Source: Octopus bimaculoides
Taxonomy: Eukaryota
Reading direction: 5' to 3'
Assembly: GCF_001194135.2 (NCBI RefSeq)
Contig: NC_068986.1
Coordinates: forward strand, 75,159,326 to 75,197,671
Length of the DNA stretch: 38,346 nucleotides
Position numbers and translations under genes: made by a program
The notes under the pieces: generated by a model
Seen by the model: only the letters and a program-made list of their open reading frames with translations
What the model was told of the DNA's origin: nothing
Database searches by the model: none
Part shown: in pieces, positions 11,926 to 24,325 of the stretch
How positions within the stretch are numbered: the stretch's first letter is position 1
How the letters are laid out: the number at the start of each line of letters is the position of its first letter

Positions 11926-12819
11926 NNNNNNNNNNNNNNNNNNNNNNNNNNNNNNNNNNNNNNNNNNNNNNNNNNNNNNNNNNNNNNNNNNNNNNNNNNN
12001 NNNNNGTGGTGTTGGAGAGGTAAGGGCAAGTGCGGCAGCGTGGGCGGGAGCAGATATATATATACATTGTTTGAAGTGATATGCAGATTTTATATATTAA
12101 GAAAAACGAGGTAGTAAGATTTTTGGATAATTCTTCATTAGCGCTTTAGCCTTATTCCTGGATGCTCCTCAGATATGTTTTACAGAAAATTTCTTTGCCT
12201 TTTATATAAATCTTTTTTGTTTTGTTTTGTTATCTATATGTGTGCGTATATAGAAAAAAAGAAAAGGGGGAAAGAAAAAGAGAGAGAGAGGTGGGGTAGA
12301 GACAACGAGAAAACCATTGAACGAGAGACAGACCATAGAATATTCATACGTAACATCATACGCATTTCTTTTCAGAAAGAAATTAAACGAAGACCAAACA
12401 AGCGAAGAAATACAAACACAGATACATCGCGATAAAATGCTCCAGTTTGTCAAGTGTATGCTACGATGCAATGAAAATCATTAACCCACATATTTAACGA
12501 TCTGTGAGGTTTAATCGAAAAGGTATTACGGTAACCAACCGTAGCAATTCCAAAGATTAATGTACTTTTCCATAAACTCACTAATCAAGTAGACTGTTTT
12601 GTATTTATTTCAAACCGACACTGGTTTAGGTATGCTCTGTTATTGTTGGACTAATGTGATCGTGTTTGTACCCTAGATTTTATTGTTACTGCTTTAATAT
12701 GATCATTTAATATCTAGGTTTTTCGCGTGACACCTTTTAAATTCTGGGGTGAATTCACGAAATGCTATTGCTCCTGTAAAGAATGTCACCTACACTCTGA
12801 ATAAACGTTATATGTACGT

Positions 12820-12905
12820 ACGTACATACATACATACATACATACACACATACATACATACATACATACATACATACATACGTACGTACACACACATACA
12901 CACAT
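12820..12905. repeat. (TACA)n microsatellite
   Basis: Directly visible. Confidence 0.9.
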
Positions 12906-13017
12906 ACGCATACAGTAATACCTCGCCATATCGCGGTTCACCTCTCGCGAATTATTATTCAAGCTAATGACGATTCCTCTGTGGTGTTGTTTTGCATTTA
13001 TAATAAATGAAATTTAT

Positions 13018-13224
13018 AGGCGCAGGAGAGGCTTTGTGGTAGGTAGCTTGCTTACCAGTCACATGGTGCCGGGTTCAGTTCTACTGCGTGGCACCTTGGG
13101 CAAGTGTCTTCTACTACAGCCTCGGACCGACCAAATCTTTGTGAGTGAATTTGGTTGACGGAAACTGAAAGAAGTCCGTCATATATATATGTATATATGT
13201 TTATATATATATATATATATATAT
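13018..13224 (+). mobile_element. SINE family B 5-prime half running into (TA)n and a gap
   Basis: Aligns with 11506-11700. Confidence 0.88.
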
Positions 13225-13882
13225 NNNNNNNNNNNNNNNNNNNNNNNNNNNNNNNNNNNNNNNNNNNNNNNNNNNNNNNNNNNNNNNNNNNNNNNNNNNN
13301 NNNNNNNNNNNNNNNNNNNNNNNNNNNNNNNNNNNNNNNNNNNNNNNNNNNNNNNNNNNNNNNNNNNNNNNNNNNNNNNNNNNNNNNNNNNNNNNNNNNN
13401 NNNNNNNNNNNNNNNNNNNNNNNNNNNNNNNNNNNNNNNNNNNNNNNNNNNNNNNNNNNNNNNNNNNNNNNNNNNNNNNNNNNNNNNNNNNNNNNNNNNN
13501 NNNNNNNNNNNNNNNNNNNNNNNNNNNNNNNNNNNNNNNNNNNNNNNNNNNNNNNNNNNNNNNNNNNNNNNNNNNNNNNNNNNNNNNNNNNNNNNNNNNN
13601 NNNNNNNNNNNNNNNNNNNNNNNNNNNNNNNNNNNNNNNNNNNNNNNNNNNNNNNNNNNNNNNNNNNNNNNNNNNNNNNNNNNNNNNNNNNNNNNNNNNN
13701 NNNNNNNNNNNNNNNNNNNNNNNNNNNNNNNNNNNNNNNNNNNNNNNNNNNNNNNNNNNNNNNNNNNNNNNNNNNNNNNNNNNNNNNNNNNNNNNNNNNN
13801 NNNNNNNNNNNNNNNNNNNNNNNNNNNNNNNNNNNNNNNNNNNNNNNNNNNNNNNNNNNNNNNNNNNNNNNNNNNNNNNNNN

Positions 13883-14055
13883 CTTAGCGGCATGTCGTCC
13901 GTACTTGCAATCTGAATCCAGATTCCGCCGAGAGCGGCTTTGCCCTCATCCTTTCAGGGTCGAAACAATAAGTACTAGTTGATCACTGGGCACTATGTAA
14001 TCGACTAGCTTCATCCCTGCAATTTCAAGCTTTGTACCTCTACTAGAAAGAATTG
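13883..14055 (+). mobile_element. SINE family A, 3-prime part with tail type 3
   Basis: ctttgccctcatcctttcagggtcgaaacaataagtactagtt and tail aatttcaagctttgtacctctactagaaagaatt. Confidence 0.7.
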
Positions 14056-14092
14056 TATATATATATATATATATATATGTACAGAAATGAAT

Positions 14093-14414
14093 TTATTTCT
14101 CAAACGCGTGATAATGCTATAAATAGCCTGATCAGGATAAATTATCCATATAATGCAGAAAAATACGTTGCCGGCCGGCCATGAGACTCGAACTCACATC
14201 TCTGTGATTACATGTCAAGAACGTTAGCGTCTTATGAAGTTAAATTTATAAGTTGTAAAATTACAATTAATTGGCTGCTGGTCAGTTTGGTTTAATGGTA
14301 AAACACTTGACATGTATTCACAGAAATTTGAGTTCGAGTCTCATGGCTGGCCGGCAACGTATTTTTCTGCATTATATGGACAATTTATAGCATTATCACG
14401 CGTTTGAGAACTAA
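14093..14414. mobile_element. Foldback element with ~110-bp inverted arms that contain tRNA-like sequence
   Basis: 14093-14219 is the reverse complement of 14306-14414, apart from a few substitutions and an 18-bp insert in the left arm; 86-bp spacer. Confidence 0.8.
14281..14352 (+). pseudogene. tRNA-like cloverleaf (nominal anticodon TGT, Thr), probably non-functional
   Basis: Acceptor GTCAGTT/GGCTGGC (3 G-U pairs); D arm GTTT-AATGGTA-AAAC; anticodon loop CATGTAT on a 3-bp stem with atypical A33; T arm TTGAG-TTCGAGT-CTCAT; a T5 run lies 10 nt downstream. Confidence 0.6.
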
Positions 14415-15190
14415 CTTTTTTTCTGTATCTTACAATACACCTCAACGCTTCTAAAAAAAAAAAACTTTGTTTGTTTACTTTCATCGTAAAGTTGAATTTA
14501 TATGTATGCATGTGTGTGTGCGTGTATATATAGATATATATATATATATATATATATGTACAAAAAAGATATAACATTGGAAAAGAAATAGTTATGTTAT
14601 GAGGTTCATTAGCTCACAGCTGTTTCTGCTATAAGATGCAGTGGACTCATAGTTGAGCGCTTGAATAACATCTTATAGCTTCACTGCAACCTCGAATATG
14701 AAGTGCAATTTTTTTGGGGAAAAAAGAATTACATTTCTGTAATATACAGGGAAGGCATTACCTGTGAGAAAGTCATTACTGACGTACATGAGAAAAAGTG
14801 TATATCCAAAAAGCAATTATAATTACTAACATAAAAATATATGTATATATACACACACGCCTTCAAAAAATATATATTATATACAATGTAGTGAGTTCGA
14901 TTCCTGGATCGAACATCGGACTAGATTAGTCAGTTCTTTTGAGAAGATCATAAGCAAGACAGATCAGATTATGACTGTTGAGATAGCAATAAAATTGAGA
15001 TGAATATGCTGAAATTACATGAATGAGCAGTAAGAGATTACGAGCAAGCTGAAATAACGAGTGATAAATACAAACAATGGAAAGCAGTTAACAACTGTCA
15101 AAATATGTAAAACTTCCCAAAAGTTTAGCATATAAGTACGTGAGTACATATCCACATGTCTACAGATGCAACTATATGAATGAGTATATA

Positions 15191-15440
15191 CCGTAAATCC
15201 TCGACTATAATCCGCATTTTATCCCAAAATTTAAAGGTCAAAATCCCTAGTGCGTACTATATACGACGTTAAAAATTAAGAATATTTTCTAAGCAATGTC
15301 CGAGTCTCTATTCAGACGCATTTTGTGATGTCGGGCGCGAAAATACCTTAAGCTAAGCCTCAAAGCAATGAAGTCATAAAAGAATCATCCATAACTTGCA
15401 GTAAGCAACATTTATTAAAATAAAAGTGTTGTATATCGTC
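15191..15440 (+). mobile_element. Terminal fragment of a Tc1/mariner-superfamily (Tc2/pogo-like) DNA element
   Basis: TA followed by CCGTAAATCCTCGACTATAATCCGCA resembles Tc2-type TIRs as I recall them. No partner TIR found; right boundary uncertain. Confidence 0.4.
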
Positions 15441-15449
15441 TGCACTGGA

Positions 15450-15765
15450 TGGCGCGTGGCTTAGTGGTTACGTATTTGGCTCACAATTCTAAGTTCAATT
15501 CCAGCGATGCATTGTGTCCTTGAGCAAAACACTTTATTTCACGTTGCTCCAGTTCACTCAGATGGCAAAAATAGGCAATATCTGTATTTCAACAGGACAA
15601 CTTTATCACACTCTGTGTCACACTGAAACTCCCCGAGAACTACGTTAATGGTCCACGTATTTGTGGAATGCTCTGCCACTTGCACGTTAATTTCAAGAGC
15701 AGGCTGTTCCGTTAATCGGATCATCTGGAACCTTTGTCGTCGTAACCGATCGACGGAGTGCCCCC
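15450..15765 (+). mobile_element. SINE family C, full copy with small internal deletions
   Basis: tggcgcgtggcttagtggtta..ttgtgtccttgagcaaaacactttatttcacgttgctccag..gagcaggctgttccgtt; aligns with 5244-5560. Confidence 0.88.
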
Positions 15766-17803
15766 TACTCCAACCTAGTGATGATAAAAGTCATCTGACT
15801 AAAGGTTTTTTTTTCTTTATCAAAAATTACATTCTGTATCTCACCAGGGTGCAGTATTACTCTGAAGTTGTAAACTGCTAGATTTGTTTTCTATAAGTAG
15901 CCAGTGTTCGTGAAGAGTTTCTTTAGCTAATAAAATATCGTTTGTTAACAACAACCAAATTTGTCTTCTTTCACAACGTGCATTAGCCTTTAAAATATTT
16001 CACGCCAATCCAAGCGAAAAGAAAAAGTGTAAAATCACTATGACCTGACATATCACTAGGTAGTCACTGCTGTTATAAAACTAAAAGCAATTGAAGGTTT
16101 ATAACATCACATTATCGAATTATCAATGGAGTTGAACTTACAGATAATCCTTTCTGTTCAATATGTCTGACAATTACTAACTATTGCAAGACATTCGACA
16201 TGTTACTCTCTACGTGCACAATTAACAACGTTTATTCCTTTATTAAGAATATATTAGATGAAGGAAGATAATAATTCAAACTGTTAAATTTACACCTATA
16301 AAATCCTCTTCCTTTGAACCATTTATTAAATTTGTAGGATGAATATAATCCCACTTTCTCTCTCATTTATACAACCATCTTCATGCATCAGACGGCTGGT
16401 TTACTTGCGTAGTCACACCTAGTCAACTTATTACTGATATAACTCAAGATTTAATGACCATATTTCTTAGTAATTAATTATAATTTGAATATTATAACAT
16501 CTTATTATTCAAATGATAATGAGCTAGCAGTCTGAAATTTCGGTTAATTTGTTAGTTTATTTATTGTATGCCATCATTACGAGAGAAGAGAAATAATTAA
16601 ATCATGCTAGATAAAATTATAATTCTTCATATCTTCTGTCTTTGATTTAGATGCTTATAAACTAATATTTTAATGTTCTGCCAAGACGAAGCTTTGATTT
16701 CAAAGCTGATATTTTAATGCCAGTGGCGAGAAACGAACTGACAATATATGACTCTTTAGTCCTATGATCTCTAATGTCGATCATTGTGTATTTCAATTGC
16801 CACCGGACTTTCGTGTATATATTTCCATTTAAAAGCTGATTTAATTATAGGAATGTTTCTTTAAAGAGAAACAAGAAAATATTACTTCGGTACTCAGTGA
16901 TGAATTTATAAAGATTAAGCTATGAAAAAATACGATATAAGATATCTTAACTGTAGCGGTTAAAATGCTTCTGAATTTCAGAAATATTTATTATGTATTT
17001 ATGTATTTATGTATTTATTGATAATCGACTACAAAGAACAGGATAACATTTCGAATCCAAAAGAACATCAACGAAACTACTTTTAGCAGTCAATTATAGA
17101 GAAGGTGAACACTGAAACCTTTTATATTTCATCCATGATGCAACTATTGTTTGGTAAATGGCTTTGAAGATGATTTCTTCAAAATCTCTCAAACAAAATT
17201 ACCAAAAAAAAAAAAAAAGAAATTAAAAGAAAAAGACAAGACCAGAAATGTGATTTCTTACTTTTTACTGTTTTTGCTACACCAAAGCTATTGTTCTTTA
17301 AATCGTCGTCGCAGTCATCGTCGTTGCTATTGCGTTTATTGTTAATGTTGTTGCAGATGATGTCGATGATGATAATGATGATATTACTGTTGTTGTTGTT
17401 GTTTCATGTTGCTGCTGCAATCTGAGTTGTGCTGCTATTTCATGTGGTCCGTTATATGTATTGCACAAATTGTAGCAGCATCACGACCATCTGAAAAGAT
17501 GCCTGCAGGAAACCTTCTCCTCCTGCAGCTAATTCGTGCAACTAAGTAAATATCAGCTTTCTTTTTTTTTTCTCTCTCTTTCTTTCTCTCTCTGTTTCTG
17601 TCTCTTTGTTTCCGTCTCTCTCTGTCTTTCTCTCCCCCTCTCTCTCTCTCTCTATAAATTTCTCTTTGCATCACTTTACATACACATTTATACACATGCA
17701 GAAACACTCACATATACATACATCCAAATACACGAATACACATACTTACGTATGTATAAATTTATATATATACATGCCAACATACATGTATAATTATATA
17801 TAT

Positions 17804-17804
<1 letters not shown>

Positions 17805-17893
<89 letters not shown>
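17805..17893. repeat. (CA)n(TA)n compound microsatellite
   Basis: Directly visible. Confidence 0.95.
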
Positions 17894-17899
<6 letters not shown>

Positions 17900-18009
17900 C
17901 ACACACACTCAAAAACACGTTTCAATTGATTTTTATTCATTAGATTGTCGTTTGTTTTCCTTCACTGAATTTTTGTCTTTCGCATTTTAAAATCTCTGAA
18001 CAATGGTGG

Positions 18010-18325
18010 TATTTCTTCCCTCTCTTTATACTCTCTCTCTCTCTCCCTTACTTCCTCCCTCTTTATCTATCTATCCATTTATCTGTCTGTCTGACTGTCT
18101 GTGCCCGTCAGCTTGACTGTATGTCTGTCTGTCAGTCTATCTATGCACATATGTATTTCTATTTCTCATCCTTTCCTGTCTCTGTCTGTAAAGCTGTTCA
18201 CCTACGCTTTCACCATATCTCTTCAACACACTTTTCTCATTTATTATTTCGCCCTTTCAACTTTCTCACTCTCTTTCTTTCTCTCTCTCACTCTCTCTCT
18301 CACTCTCACTCTCTCTCTCTCACTC

Positions 18326-18381
<56 letters not shown>

Positions 18382-18620
18382 CACACTTTATTACTCTCTC
18401 TGTCATTCTTTCTGTCTCTAATTCTTATGTCTGCCAATTTTCTCTTTATTTTACCCAGTCTTGTGTATCTCTTTCCCCTATTATTTCTCCCTCTCCTCTC
18501 TCTATTAACTCTATTTTCTTTTCCCGCTTCCTTGAATCCACTCACTATTCCTCCTCTCTCTTCCTCTTTCTCACTCGCATTCTTTCTCTCTCTTTTCTCA
18601 CCCATTGTTTCCCTCAGTAC
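18010..18620. repeat. Pyrimidine-rich low-complexity tract with (CT)n core
   Basis: Strong C/T strand bias; pure CT run near 18310-18378. Confidence 0.9.
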
Positions 18621-19689
18621 ATTTTTTTCTTCAGGTGTCTACTTCGTTCCTTTCTTTTTTTCTATATCATACACTATTCCAAATCGTTTCACAATTTCTT
18701 TTTATTATATTATCCAATCGAAAATTTACCTTCATTACGTTAACCAAATAACCCAAATATTTATACCTTGAACTTTTAAACTTTATCGTTGTAGAGAAAA
18801 ATCTTCAAGAGAGCTAAATCTCGCTTTTCTTTTTCACAAAAATTCAAAAACAGCCACACAGAAATTAAGCGATTATCTTAATAACTAATTAAAAAGTTTA
18901 GTAATTTAAACTCAAACCTAAATACCCCCCACAACTCATATGTATTATATGTTTGATAATCATTTGTATAAAAATTTATTCATCCAAGCTATTCTTCACT
19001 CACTATGAATATATGAATGATATTTCAGGGTTATTTCCCTTGCAGTTTTTTTCTGAAATTCATTTTCTCGTTAACATGTCTAGAATCATCTTATACGTAT
19101 GGGTAGCCCTCTGTCACCATTGATATAACGGACGTGTGAATAATAATATTTCGATGAAAAATTATAATAAATTTAAATCCTATGCAGCCTTAGAGCCTCC
19201 ATGAAAATTTTTTGCAAGATGGAGCATGATTGCTTTCAAGTCCATCGAAAGCGCAAGGGATTCTTTCGTGATACAAGGAAGCTGCACCGTACTTGACAAG
19301 CATTTTATCTTATAGACTTTTGAATAATAAAAAGTAGATAAAAGTAAGTCAACATCTGCAAGCTTTATAATGAATTAATAAATAATTTTGAATGAGAAAG
19401 TAGTTGTCAGAAATAAGATTACCAAATCATTAAATTTCTGGAAGTTCGTCAATTCTCATACAATTGTAGATGACAGGCAACCGTTTTAACTATTTTTAGT
19501 CAGGGAAGTGCACAACAAGTGGATAGGGTACCAGATGATGAATGAACCGAAATATCACCGGTTGTGTCCTACGATCGGCACTACGTTGTGATCGAGGCCA
19601 ACACAATTATCAGGTGTCATATACAACTAACTCTACCAATGTACAGAGACAGCATGGTGAAGCTATGAAACTAACAAAAATTCTTTAAT

Positions 19690-19850
19690 AATAGCAATAA
19701 TCGTTCCTATCACAGACACAAGGCTTGAAATTTAGGAGAGGTTGTTAGTCTACTAAATTAATCCTAAGCAAAATTAACTTCGATGGATTTGAACTCAAAG
19801 CGTAATGAGCTAGAACATATACGACATGGCATTTTGTCCGTATCTCAGGT
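19690..19850 (-). mobile_element. Degenerate, internally deleted SINE family A copy (tail type 3)
   Basis: aataatcgttcctatcacagacacaaggcttgaaattt (tail) and gatttgaactcaaagcgta..ggcattttgtccg (head). Confidence 0.6.
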
Positions 19851-20670
19851 GATTCAGGTGATTTATCTCTGTAATGATAGTAATAGCAATCTCCAGCAAT
19901 GACACTGGGCCACTTATTTTGAGGAAGGTTAGAATTAGATAAACTGATCAAATACCTAAATAATCCTTACTAGTTTTACCTGTAGATATTCTACAGTTAT
20001 TTCGTAAACAATAATATGGTTGGAAGTTTCATTTCGGGATCCATTAAACTGAACCTAGAACCATGTGGTTGAGAAGCAAGGTTCTTTATTTCTTTTAAAT
20101 TGCCATAAAGGCATTACACAGAGGGGGACACTATAACACATGTGGGGACATATAACAATTAAAAATATAAAAATAAAATATGATATGTTGAATGACACAT
20201 GAAAATGAACATAAAAAACAAATTAAAATATGATAATATGAATGATATCTGAAAATGATATTATGAAGAGTGTGCTACTCACCCCACACTGAGTAACACC
20301 ACTCGCTGCCTCACCTAGCAACGCCATTTCCCAGTCGGCATGTTATGGCTTTAAAGCCATTTTGGGTCTTCTCGCTTCAGCCATATATAGAAGCTATATA
20401 TAGCTGAATATCAATCGCCGAAGATTATATGAAACAGGAAAGGCAAGGGCAGTAATGATGCTAAGGTATTCGAAAGATCAGAACATCCGAGAAACCCTCC
20501 AAAGGTACGAACAGGGAAGAAATGGAAAACAGAAGAGGCAGTAAACAGGGAGATCGGAAAGCTAACGCGAGCCGATATATTCGGAGCGACGTAAGAAGCA
20601 AGAGTCGGTCTCGGTTGTTCAATTTGAAGTCATTGCATGAGCTGTGTAAAAGAGATGACAGAGGCAGTGG

Positions 20671-20706
20671 TACGTACGTACGTACGTATGTATGTATGTA
20701 TGTATG

Positions 20707-20740
<34 letters not shown>

Positions 20741-20787
20741 TGTATGTATGTATGTATGAAAATATGTATGTATGAAAATATGTGTGA

Positions 20788-20826
<39 letters not shown>
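20671..20826. repeat. (TACG)/(TATG)n and (TA)n microsatellite
   Basis: Directly visible. Confidence 0.95.
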
Positions 20827-20828
<2 letters not shown>

Positions 20829-21639
20829 CAATGCGCGACAGAGGCACTATTAGTTTAAAATAGTAATCGTAAAGCCCAATTGAAAGTCTAATTCATTATG
20901 GTAAATGCAGTNNNNNNNNNNNNNNNNNNNNNNNNNNNNNNNNNNNNNNNNNNNNNNNNNNNNNNNNNNNNNNNNNNNNNNNNNNNNNNNNNNNNNNNNN
21001 NNNNNNNNNNNNNNNNNNNNNNNNNNNNNNNNNNNNNNNNNNNNNNNNNNNNNNNNNNNNNNNNNNNNNNNNNNNNNNNNNNNNNNNNNNNNNNNNNNNN
21101 NNNNNNNNNNNNNNNNNNNNNNNNNNNNNNNNNNNNNNNNNNNNNNNNNNNNNNNNNNNNNNNNNNNNNNNNNNNNNNNNNNNNNNNNNNNNNNNNNNNN
21201 NNNNNNNNNNNNNNNNNNNNNNNNNNNNNNNNNNNNNNNNNNNNNNNNNNNNNNNNNNNNNNNNNNNNNNNNNNNNNNNNNNNNNNNNNNNNNNNNNNNN
21301 NNNNNNNNNNNNNNNNNNNNNNNNNNNNNNNNNNNNNNNNNNNNNNNNNNNNNNNNNNNNNNNNNNNNNNNNNNNNNNNNNNNNNNNNNNNNNNNNNNNN
21401 NNNNNNNNNNNNNNNNNNNNNNNNNNNNNNNNNNNNNNNNNNNNNNNNNNNNNNNNNNNNNNNNNNNNNNNNNNNNNNNNNNNNNNNNGGAGGGAGGAAG
21501 TGGAACAAGGAGGGAGAAACAGGAGTGTATAGCAGTGAAGTAGAAGTTAGAATAACAGAAAGAAGCAGAGCGAGACGGGGAGATGGGTAAGGAGGAAGAT
21601 GGATAGGTAAATAGAGGGATAGATAGAAAGATAGAGGAA

Positions 21640-21642
21640 GAC

Positions 21643-21679
<37 letters not shown>

Positions 21680-21680
21680 T

Positions 21681-21757
<77 letters not shown>
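21640..21757. repeat. (GATA)n microsatellite
   Basis: Directly visible. Confidence 0.97.
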
Positions 21758-23030
21758 GTCACGTCAGAATAATAAAGTACAGTCTTACTTATATGTATAT
21801 ATAAAACTGAGCTGTCGCGTCGCTCTAAGGCGAGTATGGCATGATTGTATGTTTCATTCTTATTCCAAACGTTTTTAACACCAATGAAATCGCAAGGCAT
21901 AGCAACTATCTCTGGCTATTCTCCTAGTCTTGACCCAGCAGATTATTGAGGACATGACAACATTAGAGAGAGGGGGAAAGAGAGAGAGAGACAATAGATG
22001 GACAGATAGATTAGATAGATACACACACACACCNNNNNNNNNNNNNNNNNNNNNNNNNNNNNNNNNNNNNNNNNNNNNNNNNNNNNNNNNNNNNNNNNNN
22101 NNNNNNNNNNNNNNNNNNNNNNNNNNNNNNNNNNNNNNNNNNNNNNNNNNNNNNNNNNNNNNNNNNNNNNNNNNNNNNNNNNNNNNNNNNNNNNNNNNNN
22201 NNNNNNNNNNNNNNNNNNNNNNNNNNNNNNNNNNNNNNNNNNNNNNNNNNNNNNNNNNNNNNNNNNNNNNNNNNNNNNNNNNNNNNNNNNNNNNNNNNNN
22301 NNNNNNNNNNNNNNNNNNNNNNNNNNNNNNATATATATATATATATACATACACACACATATATATATGACATATATATGTACAGTGTGTGTGCGCGCAC
22401 GAGCGTGTGTGTATGTGTGTGTGTATTAATAGGTATTTGCATGTCTGTATTAATGTATATAATTATGTATATACGTGTACGAAAGAAGCTACATAGAAAC
22501 ATCTTGATTAAAAGCAGGCGTGATAAATCAAGCACCCGGTGTATCACTTTATCAAGCAGTATAACATTTTACTACTTTGATGTTTCTTTCGTAAATAAAT
22601 GTTTATATAAATATATCGATTACCTACATATCGTTGTGTATATTCGCAACCGCCATGTTGCGTGGAAACGAATCGCTACAATGTGTATCCATAAAGGAAT
22701 AAAAGGTCAATGAAGTTACGTTATTGCTATAATATTATGAAGCGTATAAAGATCACTGAGGGTTCCCATCTTTTAAAAACACATAAAGGTCACTGAGGGA
22801 TTATGAGGATACAAAATATATAACCAACTTGTAAGCGTTGTGTAGTACAGTACAAAAGTTAAACTCACAGCGTGCCGATATACCTCACCGATTTAATTCC
22901 AAACTGCATCTGTTTTGCTTCATCTCTATAGGTAACTATATTCAGAAAGGCATGAAAGCCGTATAATCTTGTTGTTTACTGTTATAAACCTGTGGCTTTA
23001 TGTCTCAATCCGAAACTCTATACTCTGCTA

Positions 23031-23180
23031 GGTTTACACGTTCAATTTACACGTCTACGTGTTACTTAACACGTTAAAAATACTTGTTAATTTACACGTA
23101 ATATAGTCGTTACTTAGCACGTTCAATTTATACGTGAATTTACAAGTTAGTTTATACGTTAACTTACACGTTCAATTTCT
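23031..23180. repeat. Degenerate ~11-12-bp minisatellite (aatttacacgtt-like)
   Basis: Recurring tttacacgt / ttatacgt / ttagcacgt units. Confidence 0.7.
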
Positions 23181-23635
23181 AGTGATTTGAGTTACGAACG
23201 CGTTTTCAATCCGGTTTCAGATAGGTCACTTTACTTCATTGAAGTTGGAAAACGTATGAACGGCATACAATTTCATTTTGCTTATGCATGCAGTTAAAGC
23301 TAACATGACCATTAATTTAACATTACAATATGCTTATTAAGTATATTTATCACAATATAAAGTACATTTATCATTCAGAACAGATCCCCAGTTCTTTCTA
23401 CGATCACATTTCAAGTCATTGATATGTACACGTTTGCTTGGACGTTAGATACCTCGGTTTCACCAACTCTCACTAGTCTAGGAGTGCCTTAAGTGGTCTT
23501 GGGCATTGCTTGTCTGACCAGCTCATAGAAAGAAAGTTCAAAATGTTATATGTTAATAAACACTGAATCTATTAATAGAATGCGAGGACATGTTGCATGT
23601 TTAAAAACAAAAACACGTGAACAACCCTAATGTAA

Positions 23636-23872
23636 AAATAATACATTTCTAAATCTCTCAGAGAGATTTATGCAGTAGTGATACGATGAAGTAGTTGTAT
23701 GCTGTCAACTTAATGTGACAGTCCCCTGAAGGGACTCTCCCCCTTGTAAACATAAGGACACAGGAAATGTGTCATGGCCGACAGGAAGCGGTGTAGCTTC
23801 CTAGGTCTAACCAACAGTAGTATTATTCCCTTCAAGGGACTGTCACATTAAGTTGACAGCATACAACTACTT
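23636..23872. mobile_element. 237-bp segment between 13-bp direct repeats, with 46-bp inverted repeats and a 10-bp palindrome
   Basis: aaccctaatgtaa at 23623-23635 and 23873-23885; arms 23689-23734 and 23827-23872 differ at one base; taaatctctc-a-gagagattta at 23650-23670. Confidence 0.75.
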
Positions 23873-24101
23873 AACCCTAATGTAACGCAACAAAAAGAAA
23901 TTCTTCAACTTATTCAGGTGTGGAAGTGGTTAAACTAGGGGGATTATCAGCTTAGCAGTGGATAAGTACGCAAATCTTTCCCATCACTGACATGCATATT
24001 GTGTGACCGTCTAAAACCCTGAAAATCACAAACTCGAGCAAACTCACTGTTATGGATGGCTTCATTGCCGAAAGTAGGGAAAGCATTATGTAACTGAAAA
24101 G

Positions 24102-24311
24102 TAAGGCGGCGAGCTGGGAAAATCAGACAAAATGCTTAGCGGCAATTCGTCCGTCTTTACGTTCTGAGTTTAAATTTCGCCGATGTAGACTTTGTCTTTC
24201 AAACTTTCGGCGTCGATAAAATAATTACCAGTTGAACACTGAGGTCGATGTAATCAACTTATGTCTTCAGCACAAAATTCCAGTTCTTATGCCTACAATA
24301 GAAAGGATTAT
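24102..24311 (+). mobile_element. SINE family A, tail type 3
   Basis: taaggcggcgagctgg..gttctgagtttaaatttcgccgatgtagactttgtctttc..tagaaaggattatt. Confidence 0.85.
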
Positions 24312-24325
24312 TTTATTCCAACATG

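Noticed and set aside
12006-12030. GC-rich gap edge with donor-like ag/gtaagg
   Set aside because: Only about 14 nt precede it before the gap, so no exon can be supported
16681-16720. Hairpin agctttg/caaagct preceded by gacga
   Set aside because: Both core halves are wrong (AAGACGA, GAUA) and there is no valid cleavage triplet
19525-19570. cagatga..cc-gaaa-tatc hammerhead-like spacing
   Set aside because: Needs two core repairs and helix I is out of register
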